DNA of 64,000 nucleotides from Mycobacterium sp. (lineage in GTDB: Bacteria; Actinomycetota; Actinomycetes; Mycobacteriales; Mycobacteriaceae), in NCBI RefSeq assembly GCF_965230835.1, contig NZ_CBDDLW010000001.1, forward strand, positions 13,566-77,565, in the 5' to 3' direction. Numbering within the stretch: the first letter of the stretch is position 1; each line of letters begins with the position of its first letter. The notes under the pieces are model-generated. The model was not told where the DNA came from and searched no databases. It saw only the letters and a list, made by a program, of their open reading frames with translations. Shown here one piece after another: positions 43,046 through 56,628 of this stretch. The position numbers and the translations under genes are program-made.

Positions 43046-43308
43046 CTGTGTTGACTCCTCGATCGATCGTCGGTCGGGACTGGTCTCGACTTCTGGCTTA
43101 CCACACAGTCGCGCGCCGGGTATGCAGCCTAAGCCGATGTCGAAACCTATCCTGTCACTGGCCTTCGGCCGGCACACATCCAGGGCGCCGAGGCTTCGGA
43201 CGGGGTCGGACCGTTTGCCATGGCTCGGCGGGACGTCGGAACGGCGGAGTGCACTTGCTACGGTGATCCGACCGAAATCGCAGCAAGTCGCAGGTAGGCG
43301 GAGGTCCG

Positions 43309-45087
43309 ATGCCGGCAGCACAAGAGTCAACTCAGTGGTTTGTCGGCAGCGCAGATGGCGTCCGCATCGCGGTTTACCAGGAAGGTAACCCCGAAGGGCC
43401 GACCGTAGTACTGGTGCACGGCTTTCCCGACTCGCACAGGCTGTGGGACGGTGTCGTGCCGTTGCTGGCCGAGCGATTCCGAATCGTGCGTTACGACAAC
43501 CGCGGTGTCGGCTTGTCGTCGGTGCCCAAACGTGTCGCGGCATACTCCATGGCCCGGTTCGCCGACGACTTCGGGGCCGTCGTCAATGAGCTCGGCCCCG
43601 GTCAGCAGGTACACGTGCTCGCCCACGACTGGGGTTCGGTTGGTGTATGGGAGTACCTGGGCCGGCCCGCTGCCAGCGACCGAGTCGCGTCGTTCACTTC
43701 GGTGTCTGGCCCCAGCCAAGATCATCTGGCCGCCTACGTGCTGGCCGGCCTGAAGCGACCCTGGTACCCGCGAACCTTTGTGCGGGCGCTGAGTCAAGCC
43801 CTGCGGTTGAGCTACATGGCCGTGTTTTCGATACCGGTGTTGATACCGCTGGTGCTTCGCGTCGCATTGTCGAGGGCGGTGGTCCGGCGGAACATGGTGG
43901 ACAACATCCCCATCGACCAAATCCACCACTCGGATACTCTGGCTCGCGATGCCGCCCATTCGGTGAAGACGTACCCCGCCAACTACTTTCGGTCATTGGC
44001 TGCCAGACGCCGCAAGGCCATCAGGATCGTCGATGTACCGGTGCAGCTCATCGTCAACACCGATGACCCGTACGTGCGGCCGCACGGCTATGACGAGACC
44101 GCGCGCTGGGTTCCGCAGCTGTGGCGACGTGACATCAAAGCTGGCCACTTTTCACCCATGTCGCACCCCCAGGTGATGGCTGCTGCGGTGCACGATTTTG
44201 CCGACCTGGTCGAAGGCAAACCGCCGAGCCGCGCCATGCTGCGCGCGCAGGTCGGCAGGCGTCGTAAATATTTCGGCGACATGCTGGTGTCGGTCACCGG
44301 CGCCGGCAGCGGAATCGGTCGGGCGACCGCGCTGGCATTCGCCGCGGAGGGCGCCGACGTCGTGGTCAGCGACATCGACGAGGTGAACGTCAAGGACACC
44401 GCTGCGCAAATAGCCGCCCGCGGTGGCACCGCATACCCCTATGTACTCGACGTGTCCGACGCCGAGGCGGTCGAGCTATTCGCGGAGCAGCTCAGCACCG
44501 AGCGCGGAATCCCTGACATCGTGGTCAACAACGCTGGCATCGGACAGGCGGGGCGGTTCCTCGACACCCCGGCTGACCAGTTCAACCGAGTGCTAGACGT
44601 CAATCTCGGCGGCGTGGTCAATGGCTGCCGGGCTTTTGCCCGGCAGATGGTTGAGCGTGGCACTGGGGGACACGTCGTCAACGTGTCGTCGATGGCCGCT
44701 TATGCGCCGCTGCAGTCGCTGAGCGCCTACTGCACATCCAAGGCAGCGACCTACATGTTCTCCGATTGTCTGCGAGCCGAACTGGACGCGGCCGGGGTCG
44801 GCCTCACCACGATCTGCCCCGGCGTAATCAACACCAACATCATTCAAGCGACCCGATTCGATGCACCGGCCGGTAAGAACGATCAGGTCGATGGGCGGCG
44901 CGGCCAGCTAGAGAAGATGTTCGCACTCCGCCGCTACGGACCGGACAAGGTTGCTGACGCAATCGTGTCTGCGGTGAAGAAGAGCAAGCCGATCCGGCCG
45001 GTCGCGTTCGAAGCATATGCGCTGTACGGGGTTTCGCGGGCGCTGCCACAGGCGTTGCGTAGTACCGCGCGCATGCGGGTGGTCTAG
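43309..45087 (+). CDS. ephD: Epoxide hydrolase / SDR fusion
   Basis: HGFPD and HDWG alpha/beta-hydrolase motifs followed by TGAGSGIG and YCTSK SDR motifs. Confidence 0.94.
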   Translation: MPAAQESTQWFVGSADGVRIAVYQEGNPEGPTVVLVHGFPDSHRLWDGVVPLLAERFRIVRYDNRGVGLSSVPKRVAAYSMARFADDFGAVVNELGPGQQVHVLAHDWGSVGVWEYLGRPAASDRVASFTSVSGPSQDHLAAYVLAGLKRPWYPRTFVRALSQALRLSYMAVFSIPVLIPLVLRVALSRAVVRRNMVDNIPIDQIHHSDTLARDAAHSVKTYPANYFRSLAARRRKAIRIVDVPVQLIVNTDDPYVRPHGYDETARWVPQLWRRDIKAGHFSPMSHPQVMAAAVHDFADLVEGKPPSRAMLRAQVGRRRKYFGDMLVSVTGAGSGIGRATALAFAAEGADVVVSDIDEVNVKDTAAQIAARGGTAYPYVLDVSDAEAVELFAEQLSTERGIPDIVVNNAGIGQAGRFLDTPADQFNRVLDVNLGGVVNGCRAFARQMVERGTGGHVVNVSSMAAYAPLQSLSAYCTSKAATYMFSDCLRAELDAAGVGLTTICPGVINTNIIQATRFDAPAGKNDQVDGRRGQLEKMFALRRYGPDKVADAIVSAVKKSKPIRPVAFEAYALYGVSRALPQALRSTARMRVV

Positions 45088-45134
45088 CCGAATTTGGCGC
45101 GCGGTTGATGGGGCCAGCGTAACCACTACCGCCG

Positions 45135-46700
45135 CTAGCCGTGTTCAGCGATGTCAGCAAGCACTGCGATCATGGTGCGCGTGGGCAGGCCGGTGCCGCC
45201 CTTGGGCGTATAGCCCCATGGGCTGCCGGTGTTGTACGCCGGGCCGGCGACGTCTATGTGTACCCAGTGCACCGAGTCGTCAACGAATTCCCGCAGGAAC
45301 GCGCCAGCTACCAGCATGCCGGCGAAGCGCTGCCCGCTGACGTTGGCCAGATCGGCCACCGTGGACTTCAATTCGTCCTTGAGATCCTCGGGCAGCGGCA
45401 TTGGCCAACCATTGTCGCCGACGCGCTGAGAAATCGACGCCACTCGGTCGCGGAACTCTTCGCTGCCCATAACCCCCGGAATGCGGGTGCCAAGCGCTAC
45501 GGTCTGCGCACCGGTCAGCGTGGATGTTTCGATGAGGTAGTCCGGGTCGTCTTCACAGGCCCGAACAATGGCATCGGCCAGGATGAGCCGACCCTCCGCG
45601 TCGGTGTTGAGCACTTCGACGGTTGTTCCGCCGTACTGCGTCAGCACGTCGCCCGGTCGCTGCGCGGTTGCCGACGGCATGTTCTCGGCCATCGGCACCG
45701 TGGCGATCACATCGATAGGCAATTCCAGCTGAGCGGCCAAGGCGACAGTAGCGATCACCGCCCCGGCACCGCCCATATCCGAGGTCATATGGTGCATCGA
45801 CGCCGCGGGCTTGATTGAGATTCCGCCGGTATCAAAGGTGATGCCCTTGCCCACCAGGGCAACTTTTTTTGCCCGCTTGGCCTGTTTGGCCTTGGCCAGC
45901 TGCGATCCTCGATGGATCAACCGCACCAGCCGTGGCGGACGCGAAGAGCCTTGCCCGACACCGATCACGCCGCCGTAGCCCGCCTTCTTCAGCACCTTGT
46001 CGTCGAGTACCTCCACTTCGAGACCAGCAGCTACACCCAAGGCTTTGGCGCGTCGGGCAAACTCGGCTGGGTAAAGGTGGCTTGGCGGAGTGTTGACGAA
46101 GTCGCGCGCGGTGGCTACTGCGGTGGCGACTGCTGCGCCGTACGTCGTTTGCTTCTTGGCCCCTTTGGCCCCCTTATCTTCAGCGCAAAGCACGGTGATC
46201 TTGCGTAGACCCGTGTCCTTCGGAGCTGTCTTGGCGCTGCGGAAGTCGTTGAACCGGTAGCTGCCCAGGATCAATCCCTCGACGGTAGCCGAGCAGATCC
46301 CTTCGCCTGGCAGCTCGGCCAGCGTTGTGATCGCCGCCTGCGAACCGCCTCCAAGCGCACGCGCTGCCACACCGGCGGCGCGGCGGATTGTATCGGCGGG
46401 CCATTCGGCGCGCGGTTTGCCTAAGCCGACTGCCAGCACACTGGTCACCGGCAGCGACGACACGGCCAAGCGGTGTACCTGCTCACTGGCGCCAGTCGCG
46501 TCCAGCGCGCGCAGGCCAGCTTCGATTTCTGCTATCGCATCAGCAGCCAGAAACTTCTCTGCGCAGGTGACCGCCGCCCCCGGTGCGTCGTCGGTGGTCG
46601 AGACGACCGGCACGATCAGCACTGAAGAAGCGACGCTGCGTTTGGGCAATGTGGTGGCAACGTTGACAGAAGGGCATTGGTAACCCGATTCGGTGGTCAC
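45135..46700 (-). CDS. pepB: M17 leucyl aminopeptidase
   Basis: [27 protein letters not shown]. Confidence 0.95.
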   Translation of the reverse strand: MTTESGYQCPSVNVATTLPKRSVASSVLIVPVVSTTDDAPGAAVTCAEKFLAADAIAEIEAGLRALDATGASEQVHRLAVSSLPVTSVLAVGLGKPRAEWPADTIRRAAGVAARALGGGSQAAITTLAELPGEGICSATVEGLILGSYRFNDFRSAKTAPKDTGLRKITVLCAEDKGAKGAKKQTTYGAAVATAVATARDFVNTPPSHLYPAEFARRAKALGVAAGLEVEVLDDKVLKKAGYGGVIGVGQGSSRPPRLVRLIHRGSQLAKAKQAKRAKKVALVGKGITFDTGGISIKPAASMHHMTSDMGGAGAVIATVALAAQLELPIDVIATVPMAENMPSATAQRPGDVLTQYGGTTVEVLNTDAEGRLILADAIVRACEDDPDYLIETSTLTGAQTVALGTRIPGVMGSEEFRDRVASISQRVGDNGWPMPLPEDLKDELKSTVADLANVSGQRFAGMLVAGAFLREFVDDSVHWVHIDVAGPAYNTGSPWGYTPKGGTGLPTRTMIAVLADIAEHG

Positions 46701-46732
46701 GGGCAATCACCCTAGTCACCTGCGAATGGGGT

Positions 46733-47848
46733 TCACTCAGTAGTGTCGCTTGCATTGCGGCTGCGGCGCAGTTCCACGACGGTCACCGGGGCGTCAAAGC
46801 CTTTAAGTGTCAATGGGCCATGGGTGCTGGCGGGCCAGTCCGGCAATCTCGCTTGCAGTTCTGATGAGGCCAGGATCTGCCCTGGCTGCGCGGCGGACAC
46901 GAGTCGCGCCGCGAGGTTGACCGGATTGCCGAAGTAGTCCCCATTGATGGCTAGGACTGTGCCGTAGGCAAGGCCGGCGCGAACCTGGACTCCCGCCGCG
47001 TGCGCTCGTGGGTGGTCGACGAGATCAGCCGCTGCTTTCGCAAGCCGCTCGGGTGTCGAGCTCACCCACATGACGGCGTCGCCGATGAACTTCACCACTC
47101 GACCGCCGTCGGCATGCACCACGTCTGTAACCGTGGCGCCGAACTCGTTGAGAACCTCCGACAGCTGCGGCGGAGTAAGCGCTTGGGTCAACGAGGTGAA
47201 GCTGGACAGATCCGCAAAACCGATACCGCACACCACACTGGCGGTCGCGTCACGAAGGACGTCTTCGAAGTATGTTCGGGCGCTGATCATGTGATGACGG
47301 TGAATGGTGTCCAGCAAGGCGCCCATGCGGGGCACGAACTCTGCGGCTGAGCGGTAGGCCTGGGCGGTGGCGAGCTCGTCATTGGTATAGGTCATGTCGA
47401 TGTTCGGCGAGGCCGTGCGGATCATTGTCGCCTCGGCTTCTGCAAGTCGCGCCATCGCGGCGCCCAGAACTCGCAAAAGTCCGAACGCGCCGTCGTCGCC
47501 GATCAGGCCTTTGAGGGCGACCCAGGTCGCCAGGCCGTCGACATCTGCCTGGCTCAGCGCAATAACGTCGGGACCGGCGACCGTCAGGCCCAGCAATGCC
47601 CAGGCGTGTGCAACCTCCTCGGCTGTCAACCCAAGTTGTTCGGCTGCGGACTGCACCGTGTAAGCCGGGGGTCCCGACCGTTGTAGGACATCGCCGGCCA
47701 AGCCGAACAGCCGGCCACGACGTTCGGCGTCGGCCATCTCGTCGACGGTGAAGCCGAGCCCTTCCAGGTACTTCAGCAAGTTCACCCGGTCGCGCGGGTT
47801 GGCGATTCCAGCAGCTTCCAGGGCATCGAAGTCCAAGGAATCGCACAC
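46733..47848 (-). CDS. Class III adenylate cyclase (Rv2212-like)
   Basis: [30 protein letters not shown]. Confidence 0.93.
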   Translation of the reverse strand: MCDSLDFDALEAAGIANPRDRVNLLKYLEGLGFTVDEMADAERRGRLFGLAGDVLQRSGPPAYTVQSAAEQLGLTAEEVAHAWALLGLTVAGPDVIALSQADVDGLATWVALKGLIGDDGAFGLLRVLGAAMARLAEAEATMIRTASPNIDMTYTNDELATAQAYRSAAEFVPRMGALLDTIHRHHMISARTYFEDVLRDATASVVCGIGFADLSSFTSLTQALTPPQLSEVLNEFGATVTDVVHADGGRVVKFIGDAVMWVSSTPERLAKAAADLVDHPRAHAAGVQVRAGLAYGTVLAINGDYFGNPVNLAARLVSAAQPGQILASSELQARLPDWPASTHGPLTLKGFDAPVTVVELRRSRNASDTTE

Positions 47849-47856
47849 CTGCCCAA

Positions 47857-49005
47857 GTGTGCCAGCAGCGGGGCGGATTAGGGTGTGACGCCGTGAGTGT
47901 TGAGCCAGAGCTGCTGCAGGGACCGTTGGAAGACCGCCATCGCGCGCTGGGCGCCAGTTTCGCCGAGTTCGGTGGCTGGCTGATGCCGGTGTCGTATGCC
48001 GGAACCGTGAGTGAACATAACTCGACTCGGAACTCGGTCGGCTTGTTCGATGTGAGTCATCTCGGGAAGGCGTTGGTCCGTGGCCCGGGGGCTGCGCAGT
48101 TCGTCAACTCGGCGCTGACCAACGATCTCGGCCGTATCGGGCCGGGTAAGGCGCAGTACACGTTGTGCTGCAACGAGTCCGGCGGCGTCATCGACGATCT
48201 GATTGTCTACTACGTTGATGACGACGAGATCTTTCTGGTGCCCAACGCCGCAAACACCGCGGCGGTGGTCGCCGCGCTGCAGGCCGCGGCACCGACTGGC
48301 TTGACGATCACCAACCAACATCGGTCCTATGCGGTGCTGGCTGTGCAGGGGCCCAGGTCCACCGACGTGCTCAGCAACCTGGGGCTGCCAACCGACATGG
48401 ATTACATGGGCTACGCCGACGCCTCCTTCTCGGGGGTGCCGGTGCGAGTGTGTCGCACCGGCTACACCGGCGAGCACGGCTACGAACTGTTGCCGCCGTG
48501 GGAGTCCGCAGGCGTTGTGTTCGACGCGCTGGCAGCGGCGGTATCGGAGGCCGGAGGCGAGGCTGCCGGCCTGGGCGCGCGCGACACCCTGCGCACCGAG
48601 ATGGGTTATCCGCTGCATGGGCATGAACTTTCGCTCGACATCTCGCCGCTGCAGGCGCGATGCGGCTGGGCCATCGGCTGGAAGAAGGACGCCTTTTTCG
48701 GCCGTGACGCTTTGCTGGCCGAGAAGGCAGCGGGGCCGCGACGTCTGCTACGAGGGTTGCGTGTCGTCGGCCGCGGTGTGCTGCGCCCCGGGTTGACGGT
48801 GCTGGGTGGACAGACCCAGGATGCTCAGGTCGGGATCACCACGTCGGGAACATTTTCTCCGACCTTGCAGGCTGGTATCGCGCTGGCGCTGATCGACCGC
48901 GACGCCGGCATCGAGGACGGCCAGCAAATCCTCGTCGACGTCCGCGGCCGCGCGGTGGAATGTGAAGTGGTGCGACCGCCGTTCGTCGAGGTAAAAACTC
49001 GCTAG
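47857..49005 (+). CDS. gcvT: Glycine cleavage aminomethyltransferase T
   Basis: [37 protein letters not shown]. Confidence 0.96.
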   Translation: MCQQRGGLGCDAVSVEPELLQGPLEDRHRALGASFAEFGGWLMPVSYAGTVSEHNSTRNSVGLFDVSHLGKALVRGPGAAQFVNSALTNDLGRIGPGKAQYTLCCNESGGVIDDLIVYYVDDDEIFLVPNAANTAAVVAALQAAAPTGLTITNQHRSYAVLAVQGPRSTDVLSNLGLPTDMDYMGYADASFSGVPVRVCRTGYTGEHGYELLPPWESAGVVFDALAAAVSEAGGEAAGLGARDTLRTEMGYPLHGHELSLDISPLQARCGWAIGWKKDAFFGRDALLAEKAAGPRRLLRGLRVVGRGVLRPGLTVLGGQTQDAQVGITTSGTFSPTLQAGIALALIDRDAGIEDGQQILVDVRGRAVECEVVRPPFVEVKTR

Positions 49006-49056
49006 CAGTGCCTTTCGCAGCGAACGCGACGGCAAAAACCCGCTTGCACTTGGATA

Positions 49057-49062
49057 TACAAT
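49057..49062 (+). promoter_or_regulatory. SigA-type -10 box, probable leaderless ilvE transcript
   Basis: TACAAT exactly 7 nt before ATG 49070; no RBS. Confidence 0.55.
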
Positions 49063-49069
49063 CGGCCAC

Positions 49070-50176
49070 ATGACCAGCGGCTCCCTAGCGTTCACGGTTT
49101 CGCATGCGACACAGCCGGCGACCGCGGCCGAACGGGAATCGATTCTGGGTGACCCTGGCTTCGGCAAATACCACACCGATCACATGGTGTCGATCGAGTA
49201 CACCGAAGGCCGGGGTTGGCACGACGCGCGGGTCATCCCGTACGGGCCAATTGAGCTGGATCCTTCGGCGATCGTGCTGCACTATGCGCAAGAAGTTTTC
49301 GAGGGACTCAAGGGCTACCGTTGGGCGGATGGGTCGATTGTGTCGTTTCGTGCCGCGGCCAATGCTGCGCGGCTGAGGTCGTCAGCCCGTCGGCTGGCGA
49401 TCCCCGAATTGCCCGACGAGCTGTTCATCGAATCCCTGCGCCAGCTGATCGCTGTCGATAACGCCTGGGTACCGGCGGCTGGGGGGGAAGAAGCCCTGTA
49501 TCTGCGGCCGTTCATCTTCGCCACTGAGCCAGGTTTGGGAGTGCGGCCCGCCAAGCAATACCGCTACCTACTGATCGCGTCGCCCGCCGGTGCGTACTTC
49601 AAGGGCGGCATCGACCCGGTCAGTGTCTGGGTGTCGACAGAGTATGTGCGGGCTAGCCCGGGGGGCACAGGCGCGGCGAAGTTCGGTGGCAACTACGCCG
49701 CCTCGCTACTGGCTCAGGCCGAAGCTGCCGACAACGGTTGCGAGCAGGTGGTGTGGTTGGACGCGATCGAACGCCGCTACGTCGAAGAAATGGGGGGGAT
49801 GAATATCTTCTTCGTGTTCGGCGGCGGCGGTCTGACCCGCCTCGTCACCCCGGAGCTATCCGGTTCGCTGCTGCCCGGCATAACGCGGGATTCGTTGCTG
49901 CAATTGGCCGTTGACGCAGGATTCGGTGTTGAGGAACGCAAGGTCGATATCGCTGAGTGGCAGAAGAAGGCTGCTGCTGGCGAGATTACCGAGGTGTTCG
50001 CCTGCGGCACCGCGGCCGTCATCACCCCGATCTCGCGGGTGAAATGCAGCGACCGCGAGTTCACCATCGCCGATGGCCAGCCGGGTGAAGTGACGATGGC
50101 CCTGCGCGACACGCTGACCGGAATTCAACGAGGTACTTTCGCCGACACACACGGTTGGATGGCTCGGCTGGGCTAG
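49070..50176 (+). CDS. ilvE: Branched-chain amino acid aminotransferase
   Basis: [45 protein letters not shown]. Confidence 0.96.
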   Translation: MTSGSLAFTVSHATQPATAAERESILGDPGFGKYHTDHMVSIEYTEGRGWHDARVIPYGPIELDPSAIVLHYAQEVFEGLKGYRWADGSIVSFRAAANAARLRSSARRLAIPELPDELFIESLRQLIAVDNAWVPAAGGEEALYLRPFIFATEPGLGVRPAKQYRYLLIASPAGAYFKGGIDPVSVWVSTEYVRASPGGTGAAKFGGNYAASLLAQAEAADNGCEQVVWLDAIERRYVEEMGGMNIFFVFGGGGLTRLVTPELSGSLLPGITRDSLLQLAVDAGFGVEERKVDIAEWQKKAAAGEITEVFACGTAAVITPISRVKCSDREFTIADGQPGEVTMALRDTLTGIQRGTFADTHGWMARLG

Positions 50177-50231
50177 CACGTCATGACCTGGTTGCGGGGC
50201 AATGATTCGGCAATCGTAGTGGGCGCCGGAG

Positions 50232-50987
50232 CTAGACCTGGACCAACCCCGCAAGCGCCACAGCGGTCACCGTCGTGGTCAGTTCGATAGCGGCGCCGAG
50301 TACATCACCGGTGATGCCACCGAAGCGGCGCACGCAGTGTGCGACCAGGATCGCGCCGCACGATACTGCTAGCAGTATGGCAACCGGTCCTTGCCACGGT
50401 TGCGATCCTGCTGGCACCGAAATGACCAGCAGGACGACCAGCCAGGCCGCCGCGACCGGTGCTGGCTGAGTACCCGCAACTTTCGCCCCTAAAGTGCTGC
50501 CCTCCGCCGTGGGTATTGATCGGCGGCAAGCCAGTACCGCGGTTACCCGGCCGGCAACGACCGCAACGAGGATCCCGGGAACGCCGAGGCGCCCGAGTGC
50601 GCCCAGCGCGGTGAAGGCATACCCCTGCAACGTGATGACCAAGGCGACGGCAGCCACTCCGAACGGGCCGGTTGACCCGTCTCGCATTACCGCAAGTGCC
50701 CGCTGCGGTGGCCCGTAGCAGCCCAGCCCGTCTGCGGTATCGGCGACGGCGTCGATGTGCAGACCGCGGGTTGCCAGCAACAGCACGGCTACCGCGAGCA
50801 TCCCGGACAGTGGGCTGGACGGGCCGAATACCAGAGCGCTCCCGTAGGTCACGGCCGCGGCTAGGCCGCCCAGCGCAGCGCCGACCAACGGCAGCGCTGT
50901 TATGGCGCCGCGGCCTAAGGTGGCGGCCCACGAGGCTGGGACGGGTATGACCGTTCCGAACGCGAAAGCTGCCGCCAGCGAGCGCAT
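50232..50987 (-). CDS. cobS: Adenosylcobinamide-GDP ribazoletransferase
   Basis: [33 protein letters not shown]. Confidence 0.95.
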   Translation of the reverse strand: MRSLAAAFAFGTVIPVPASWAATLGRGAITALPLVGAALGGLAAAVTYGSALVFGPSSPLSGMLAVAVLLLATRGLHIDAVADTADGLGCYGPPQRALAVMRDGSTGPFGVAAVALVITLQGYAFTALGALGRLGVPGILVAVVAGRVTAVLACRRSIPTAEGSTLGAKVAGTQPAPVAAAWLVVLLVISVPAGSQPWQGPVAILLAVSCGAILVAHCVRRFGGITGDVLGAAIELTTTVTAVALAGLVQV

Positions 50988-52087
50988 TAGGTTGGATCTA
51001 TGGGGTCAGTGCGGGGACCCGCCTGACCGGTTACGCCAGGTGCCCCGGCTATTCCAACGACACCGGCCTCTGCGAACGTTGCCATCGATGACAACGCCGC
51101 CACGGCGCAGCGCAGCACCGACAATGCGACCGTCGCGCCAGTACCCTCACCCAGTCGCATACCCAGATCCAGGATCGGGTCCAACTGTAGAGCCGCAAGC
51201 GCCGGCGGATGGCCTGGCTCGGTGGACCGGTGGCCGGCCTGCCACCACCGCCGAGCGCCGGGGGCTAGGCGCTCGGCGACCAATGCTGCTGAGGTGGCCA
51301 CCATGCCGTCGAGCAGAAGGGGGGTACGCCGGACGGCGGACTGCGCGCAGAAACCTGCCATCGCTGCCAGATCCGCGCCGCCCCCGCAGCGCAGCAAACC
51401 GACCGGGTCAGGCAACACAGACCGTGCCCGAAACAGGGCGTCGCGCACCGCAGCTGTCTTGCGGGCCCAGCCGGCGTCGTCGATACCGGTGCCGAATCCG
51501 ACCGCCGCGACCGGCTCGACGTTCGCCAGCGCCGCTACCAGCACCGACGCCGCTGTGGTATTTCCTATCCCCATGTCACCGACGATGAGCAGGTCAGCGC
51601 CGGCGTCGACCTCTTCGTCGGCGATCTGTTGGCCAGCCGCGATGGCGGCCTCGGTTTCGGCCTCGGTCAACGCGTCCTCTGTGGCGATATTGCCGCTGCC
51701 GCGCCGCACCTTGTGCAGAGCGATCTTTTCCGAAACCGCATCTGCATCTACCGCAAGGTCTGCGATCCGCAGCGTCGCCCCAGCCACGTCGGCCAGCGCG
51801 TTGATCGCCGCCCCGCCGGAGTCGATGTTGGCGACCATCTGAGCGGTCACCTCCGGCGGGTAGGCCGAGACGCCGGACCGGGTGACACCGTGATCACCGG
51901 CGAATACGACTACTCTGGCGCGCTGAAACTGCCGCGGCGGGCAGTGCCCCTGGCAGGACGCGACCCACACCGACAGATCTTCAAGACGGCCTAGCGCGCC
52001 GCGGGGTTTGGTCAGGGCGTCCTGATGCGCGCGGGCGGCTGCTTCGGCGCGTGCATCGGGCGGCACCACGGGCGCGAACCCGATCAT
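50987..52087 (-). CDS. cobT: Nicotinate-nucleotide dimethylbenzimidazole phosphoribosyltransferase
   Basis: [35 protein letters not shown]. Confidence 0.96.
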   Translation of the reverse strand: MIGFAPVVPPDARAEAAARAHQDALTKPRGALGRLEDLSVWVASCQGHCPPRQFQRARVVVFAGDHGVTRSGVSAYPPEVTAQMVANIDSGGAAINALADVAGATLRIADLAVDADAVSEKIALHKVRRGSGNIATEDALTEAETEAAIAAGQQIADEEVDAGADLLIVGDMGIGNTTAASVLVAALANVEPVAAVGFGTGIDDAGWARKTAAVRDALFRARSVLPDPVGLLRCGGGADLAAMAGFCAQSAVRRTPLLLDGMVATSAALVAERLAPGARRWWQAGHRSTEPGHPPALAALQLDPILDLGMRLGEGTGATVALSVLRCAVAALSSMATFAEAGVVGIAGAPGVTGQAGPRTDPIDPT

Positions 52088-52245
52088 GTTTCCGACGATT
52101 TGATCGGTAACGTCTCTCCGGCGGTTGCCCCATGGCTGGCCTGCTGGGCCCGCGTGATGAGTTCTGCGGCCCGGCCGGATTCAGCCGACCTCGTATCGCC
52201 GGACGTGTTGGTCCACATTGGGGTCAGACGACTTTCCGGTGACGA

Positions 52246-52959
52246 TTAGTCGACATCGCTGCCACGCTCGACCCTGGGGCGGGGAGCCCGCATACGACGC
52301 ATTTGGGAAGCCCGTCCGGCCGCATAAAAGCCCAATTTCCAACGGCTTTCGGTGTTATTTGGGAACTTCGCGTCGACCAGCCGGGCAACCTTTCGGCCCA
52401 ATACGAGTCCGTCTATGGTCATCAGCGCCATCAGCAACAGCATCGCCGGAGACATGTAGAGCTGCACTTGGGGGACAGCGAACATGACGAAGAGCAGAGT
52501 CAGTGCTGACGGCATGAACAGGCCGAGCACGTTGCGTCGGGAGTCCACCACATCGCGGACGTAGCGTCGTACTGGGCCCTGATCGCGAGGTAGCAGGTAG
52601 GCCTCTTCGCCCGCCATCATGCGCTCCCGGCGATTCGCCATGCGGGCTCGGCGCTCGGCTTTGTCGGATCTACGTTCTTCTCGGTTGCGTTTGGGTCCGG
52701 CGAGAGTCTTCCGCCGGGCCCGCGCTTGGGCGGCCGTCATGGGTGCCGGTGCTACCGGGCCCTTTTTTTTCGTGTGGCGCCGGACGGCATCGCTTCGCTT
52801 GGGTGTGGGTCGGCCCTTCGGGCTCGTCGTACGCGACCCGCCAGGTGTGTCTGACGTCGATGCACCACCAGAATTGGCGGTCCCTCCGGGCGGGTCCGTC
52901 GTGTCGGATTCCCCGTCGGAGCCTTTCGTGTCGCCCTTCTTGCGGCCCAACAACTTCAC
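52246..52959 (-). CDS. DUF3043 membrane protein (Rv2206-like)
   Basis: [31 protein letters not shown]. Confidence 0.9.
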   Translation of the reverse strand: MKLLGRKKGDTKGSDGESDTTDPPGGTANSGGASTSDTPGGSRTTSPKGRPTPKRSDAVRRHTKKKGPVAPAPMTAAQARARRKTLAGPKRNREERRSDKAERRARMANRRERMMAGEEAYLLPRDQGPVRRYVRDVVDSRRNVLGLFMPSALTLLFVMFAVPQVQLYMSPAMLLLMALMTIDGLVLGRKVARLVDAKFPNNTESRWKLGFYAAGRASQMRRMRAPRPRVERGSDVD

Positions 52960-53111
52960 GGTCGCCAGGTTACTTTGCGGATTGCCGGCACCGGAATTCG
53001 CATAGCCAGGCGCGCGCCGGCTGTGGGGCCCTAGTCTGGCCAGTGATGAACGGCTCGCAGGACTTGGATGCTGTTGGTGTGTTGGGGCCCGGTCGGCTCC
53101 AGCTGCCCGAG

Positions 53112-54188
53112 ATGCGGGTGCTGGTGGCCCCAGATTGCTACGGAGACAGTTTGTCTGCGGTGGATGCCGCTGCCGCCATCGCGACCGGTTGGACCAGGTC
53201 ACGTCCGGACGACCGGTTTATTGTCGCCCCGCAATCCGATGGCGGTCCCGGCTTCGTCGAGGTGCTACGCGGCCGGCTAGGGCAGTTGCGACGATTGCGC
53301 GTGGCAGGACCGCTCGACACCGCTGTGGACGCGGAGTGGGTCTTCGATCGCAGCTCGGAAACGGCCTACCTGGAATGTGCACAGGCGTGTGGGCTGGGTT
53401 TGATCGGTGGTCCGCCGTCACCGGAGACCGCGCTGTCGGCTCACAGCAGGGGAGTCGGTCAGCTCATCGCGGATGCGTTGCGTGCCGGAGCGGCGCGGAT
53501 CGTGGTCGGGCTGGGAGGCAGTGCGTGCACCGACGGTGGGCAGGGACTGATCGCCGAGTTGGGTGGCCTGGATGCCGGTCGCGAGCAGTTGGCCGGAGTT
53601 GAGCTGATTGCGGCGTCGGACGCCGAGTACCCGTTGCTGGGGCCGTGGGGCGCGGCGCGGGTTTTCGCGCCGCAGAAAGGCGCTGACGCCGCCACAGTCG
53701 CGGTGCTGGAAGGCCGCCTCGAGACGTGGGCCGGCGAGCTGGACGCGGCGGCGGGACGCGCAGTAAGCGCTGAACCGGGTTCGGGCGCCGCTGGCGGAAT
53801 CGGGGCGGGATTGCTCGCGCTCGGCGGCCGCTGCGAATCGGGTGCGGCAATCATCGCGGAGCATACTCAGTTGGCTGAAGACATCGCCGACGCAGACATG
53901 ATCGTCACCGGTGAGGGCCGTCTCGACGAGCAGTCCTTGCATGGAAAAGTGGTAGGCGCGATCGCGGATGCGGCCCGTCCGCTGGGGATTCCGGTGATAG
54001 TGCTAGCGGGCCAGGTGTGCTTGGACAAGTCCGCGACTCGCGGAGCGGGCATAATGGGGGCTCTGTCTATAGCCGAATACGCGGGTTCGGTGCGGCTGGC
54101 TTTGGCCGACGCCGCCAATCAGCTGATGGGTCTTGCGTCTCAGGTGGCGGATCGACTCGGGAATAGCGGCGCCGCAAGGTACCGTTGA
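53112..54188 (+). CDS. Glycerate kinase (Rv2205c-like)
   Basis: [39 protein letters not shown]. Confidence 0.93.
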   Translation: MRVLVAPDCYGDSLSAVDAAAAIATGWTRSRPDDRFIVAPQSDGGPGFVEVLRGRLGQLRRLRVAGPLDTAVDAEWVFDRSSETAYLECAQACGLGLIGGPPSPETALSAHSRGVGQLIADALRAGAARIVVGLGGSACTDGGQGLIAELGGLDAGREQLAGVELIAASDAEYPLLGPWGAARVFAPQKGADAATVAVLEGRLETWAGELDAAAGRAVSAEPGSGAAGGIGAGLLALGGRCESGAAIIAEHTQLAEDIADADMIVTGEGRLDEQSLHGKVVGAIADAARPLGIPVIVLAGQVCLDKSATRGAGIMGALSIAEYAGSVRLALADAANQLMGLASQVADRLGNSGAARYR

Positions 54189-54284
54189 GGCAGTGGGTAA
54201 TCCCGAAGCAGATCGCAGACTGGTGTCTATTGAGTTGGATTCCGCTGGTTCGGACCCCGACGATCGAGCCATGTAGGAGAACTA

Positions 54285-54641
54285 ATGACGGTGCAGAACG
54301 AGTCGATTACCAAGACGCACGGCGTCATCCTCACCGAGGCCGCTGCCGCGAAGGCGAAATCGCTGCTCGATCAGGAGGGGCGGGATGATCTGGCGCTGCG
54401 AATTGCAGTTCAGCCGGGCGGATGCGCTGGGCTGCGTTATAACCTCTTCTTCGACGATCGGACCCTGGACGGTGACCTGACCGCCGAGTTTGGTGGTGTA
54501 ACCCTCACCGTGGACCGGATGAGTGCGCCTTATGTGGACGGTGCGTCGATCGATTTCGTGGACACGATCGAGAAGCAGGGTTTCACTATCGACAATCCCA
54601 ACGCCGCCGGCTCATGCGCGTGCGGGGATTCGTTCAACTGA
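54285..54641 (+). CDS. HesB/IscA iron-sulfur cluster assembly protein (Rv2204c-like)
   Basis: PGGCAG and NPNAAGSCACGDSF. Confidence 0.95.
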   Translation: MTVQNESITKTHGVILTEAAAAKAKSLLDQEGRDDLALRIAVQPGGCAGLRYNLFFDDRTLDGDLTAEFGGVTLTVDRMSAPYVDGASIDFVDTIEKQGFTIDNPNAAGSCACGDSFN

Positions 54642-54687
54642 CCTTCAACTGGCCGAGGTCTGCTGAGTCGCGGCCGGGTTGGCCCAG

Positions 54688-55392
54688 CTAGTACGTCCCT
54701 GCGGTGCGCAGTACGTACGAGCAGACCAACAGCTGGCCGCGCTGTAGGAGCAACTGTGCAACGCCTTGCACGTGGCCTCGCGGCGGGCCGCCGGTCGCCG
54801 GCGTCACTTCCATGGTGAACAGCACTTGCGCCTGGTAGGGCGACCAGTACACGATCTTGTCGATCGAGGTCACGTCGGCTTTCGAGAACTGCTTGCGGAA
54901 GGCGTCGCTGCTGAGTTTGGCTAGCGCTTCGTCGGAGCGCTTGTCGCGGACGCCGTCGTAGATGCCGCACAGCGCGTTGCGGACGATGACGTCGAGGTCG
55001 CGGTTCACGAGTGCGTTCAGGTATCCCTGAATTGCAGTCTTGGTGGAGCCCTGCGAAAACGTGCCTGCGCTGTTGCTCTCATTGGTGCGAATCCCGAACA
55101 CGATAACCGTGGCCAGCACGGCCACCAGGGCGACAGCCAGCAGAACGCCGATGACCAGCCGTTTAGCTCCCCGTTTCGGGTACGGTACTGGCGGCGGCAG
55201 TGGCCCCGGAGGGTTGACGGACGGGGGCACAGCGTCGCCTACCGGTGTGGCGGTTAAGGGCGGGGCCATGGGACTACACTCGTTGGGGAAGTCAAGGGCC
55301 CGAGGCTGGTAGGGGCCTGACACGGGGTAAGGTCGCACTTCCTGAGGTCCGTCGGCGCCGACGGCAGGGTTCGGCGGGTGCGGACCGGCCAT
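54688..55392 (-). CDS. Membrane-anchored protein (Rv2203-like)
   Basis: Pro-rich N-terminus, single TM helix, RNALCGIYD and LLVCSYV; syntenic position. Confidence 0.85.
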   Translation of the reverse strand: MAGPHPPNPAVGADGPQEVRPYPVSGPYQPRALDFPNECSPMAPPLTATPVGDAVPPSVNPPGPLPPPVPYPKRGAKRLVIGVLLAVALVAVLATVIVFGIRTNESNSAGTFSQGSTKTAIQGYLNALVNRDLDVIVRNALCGIYDGVRDKRSDEALAKLSSDAFRKQFSKADVTSIDKIVYWSPYQAQVLFTMEVTPATGGPPRGHVQGVAQLLLQRGQLLVCSYVLRTAGTY

Positions 55393-55550
55393 CGTCGTTC
55401 TCCTACGGTGGTGAGCTGGGCTACGGATGGTTGCCACCCAGCAAGGAGTTGGGCAACCAGATGAGTTCTCTAGGCAGGCTAGCGTAAGAGCTGCCGGCGC
55501 CCGTGGATGCGACAACGTTAGTCGCACAGCCGATGGTCATGAGAGGTTAG

Positions 55551-56555
<1,005 letters not shown>

Positions 56556-56572
56556 TCCAGCCAGTAGGAGTG

Positions 56573-56608
56573 AAGTCCCCCGAGAGTCGCGCGGTTCTCG
56601 GGGGACTT
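56573..56608. terminator. Hairpin between convergent adoK and asnB
   Basis: 13-bp stem aagtcccccgaga / tctcgggggactt with a 10-nt loop. Confidence 0.65.
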
Positions 56609-56628
56609 TCCGTAGGGTTGTCGATCAA

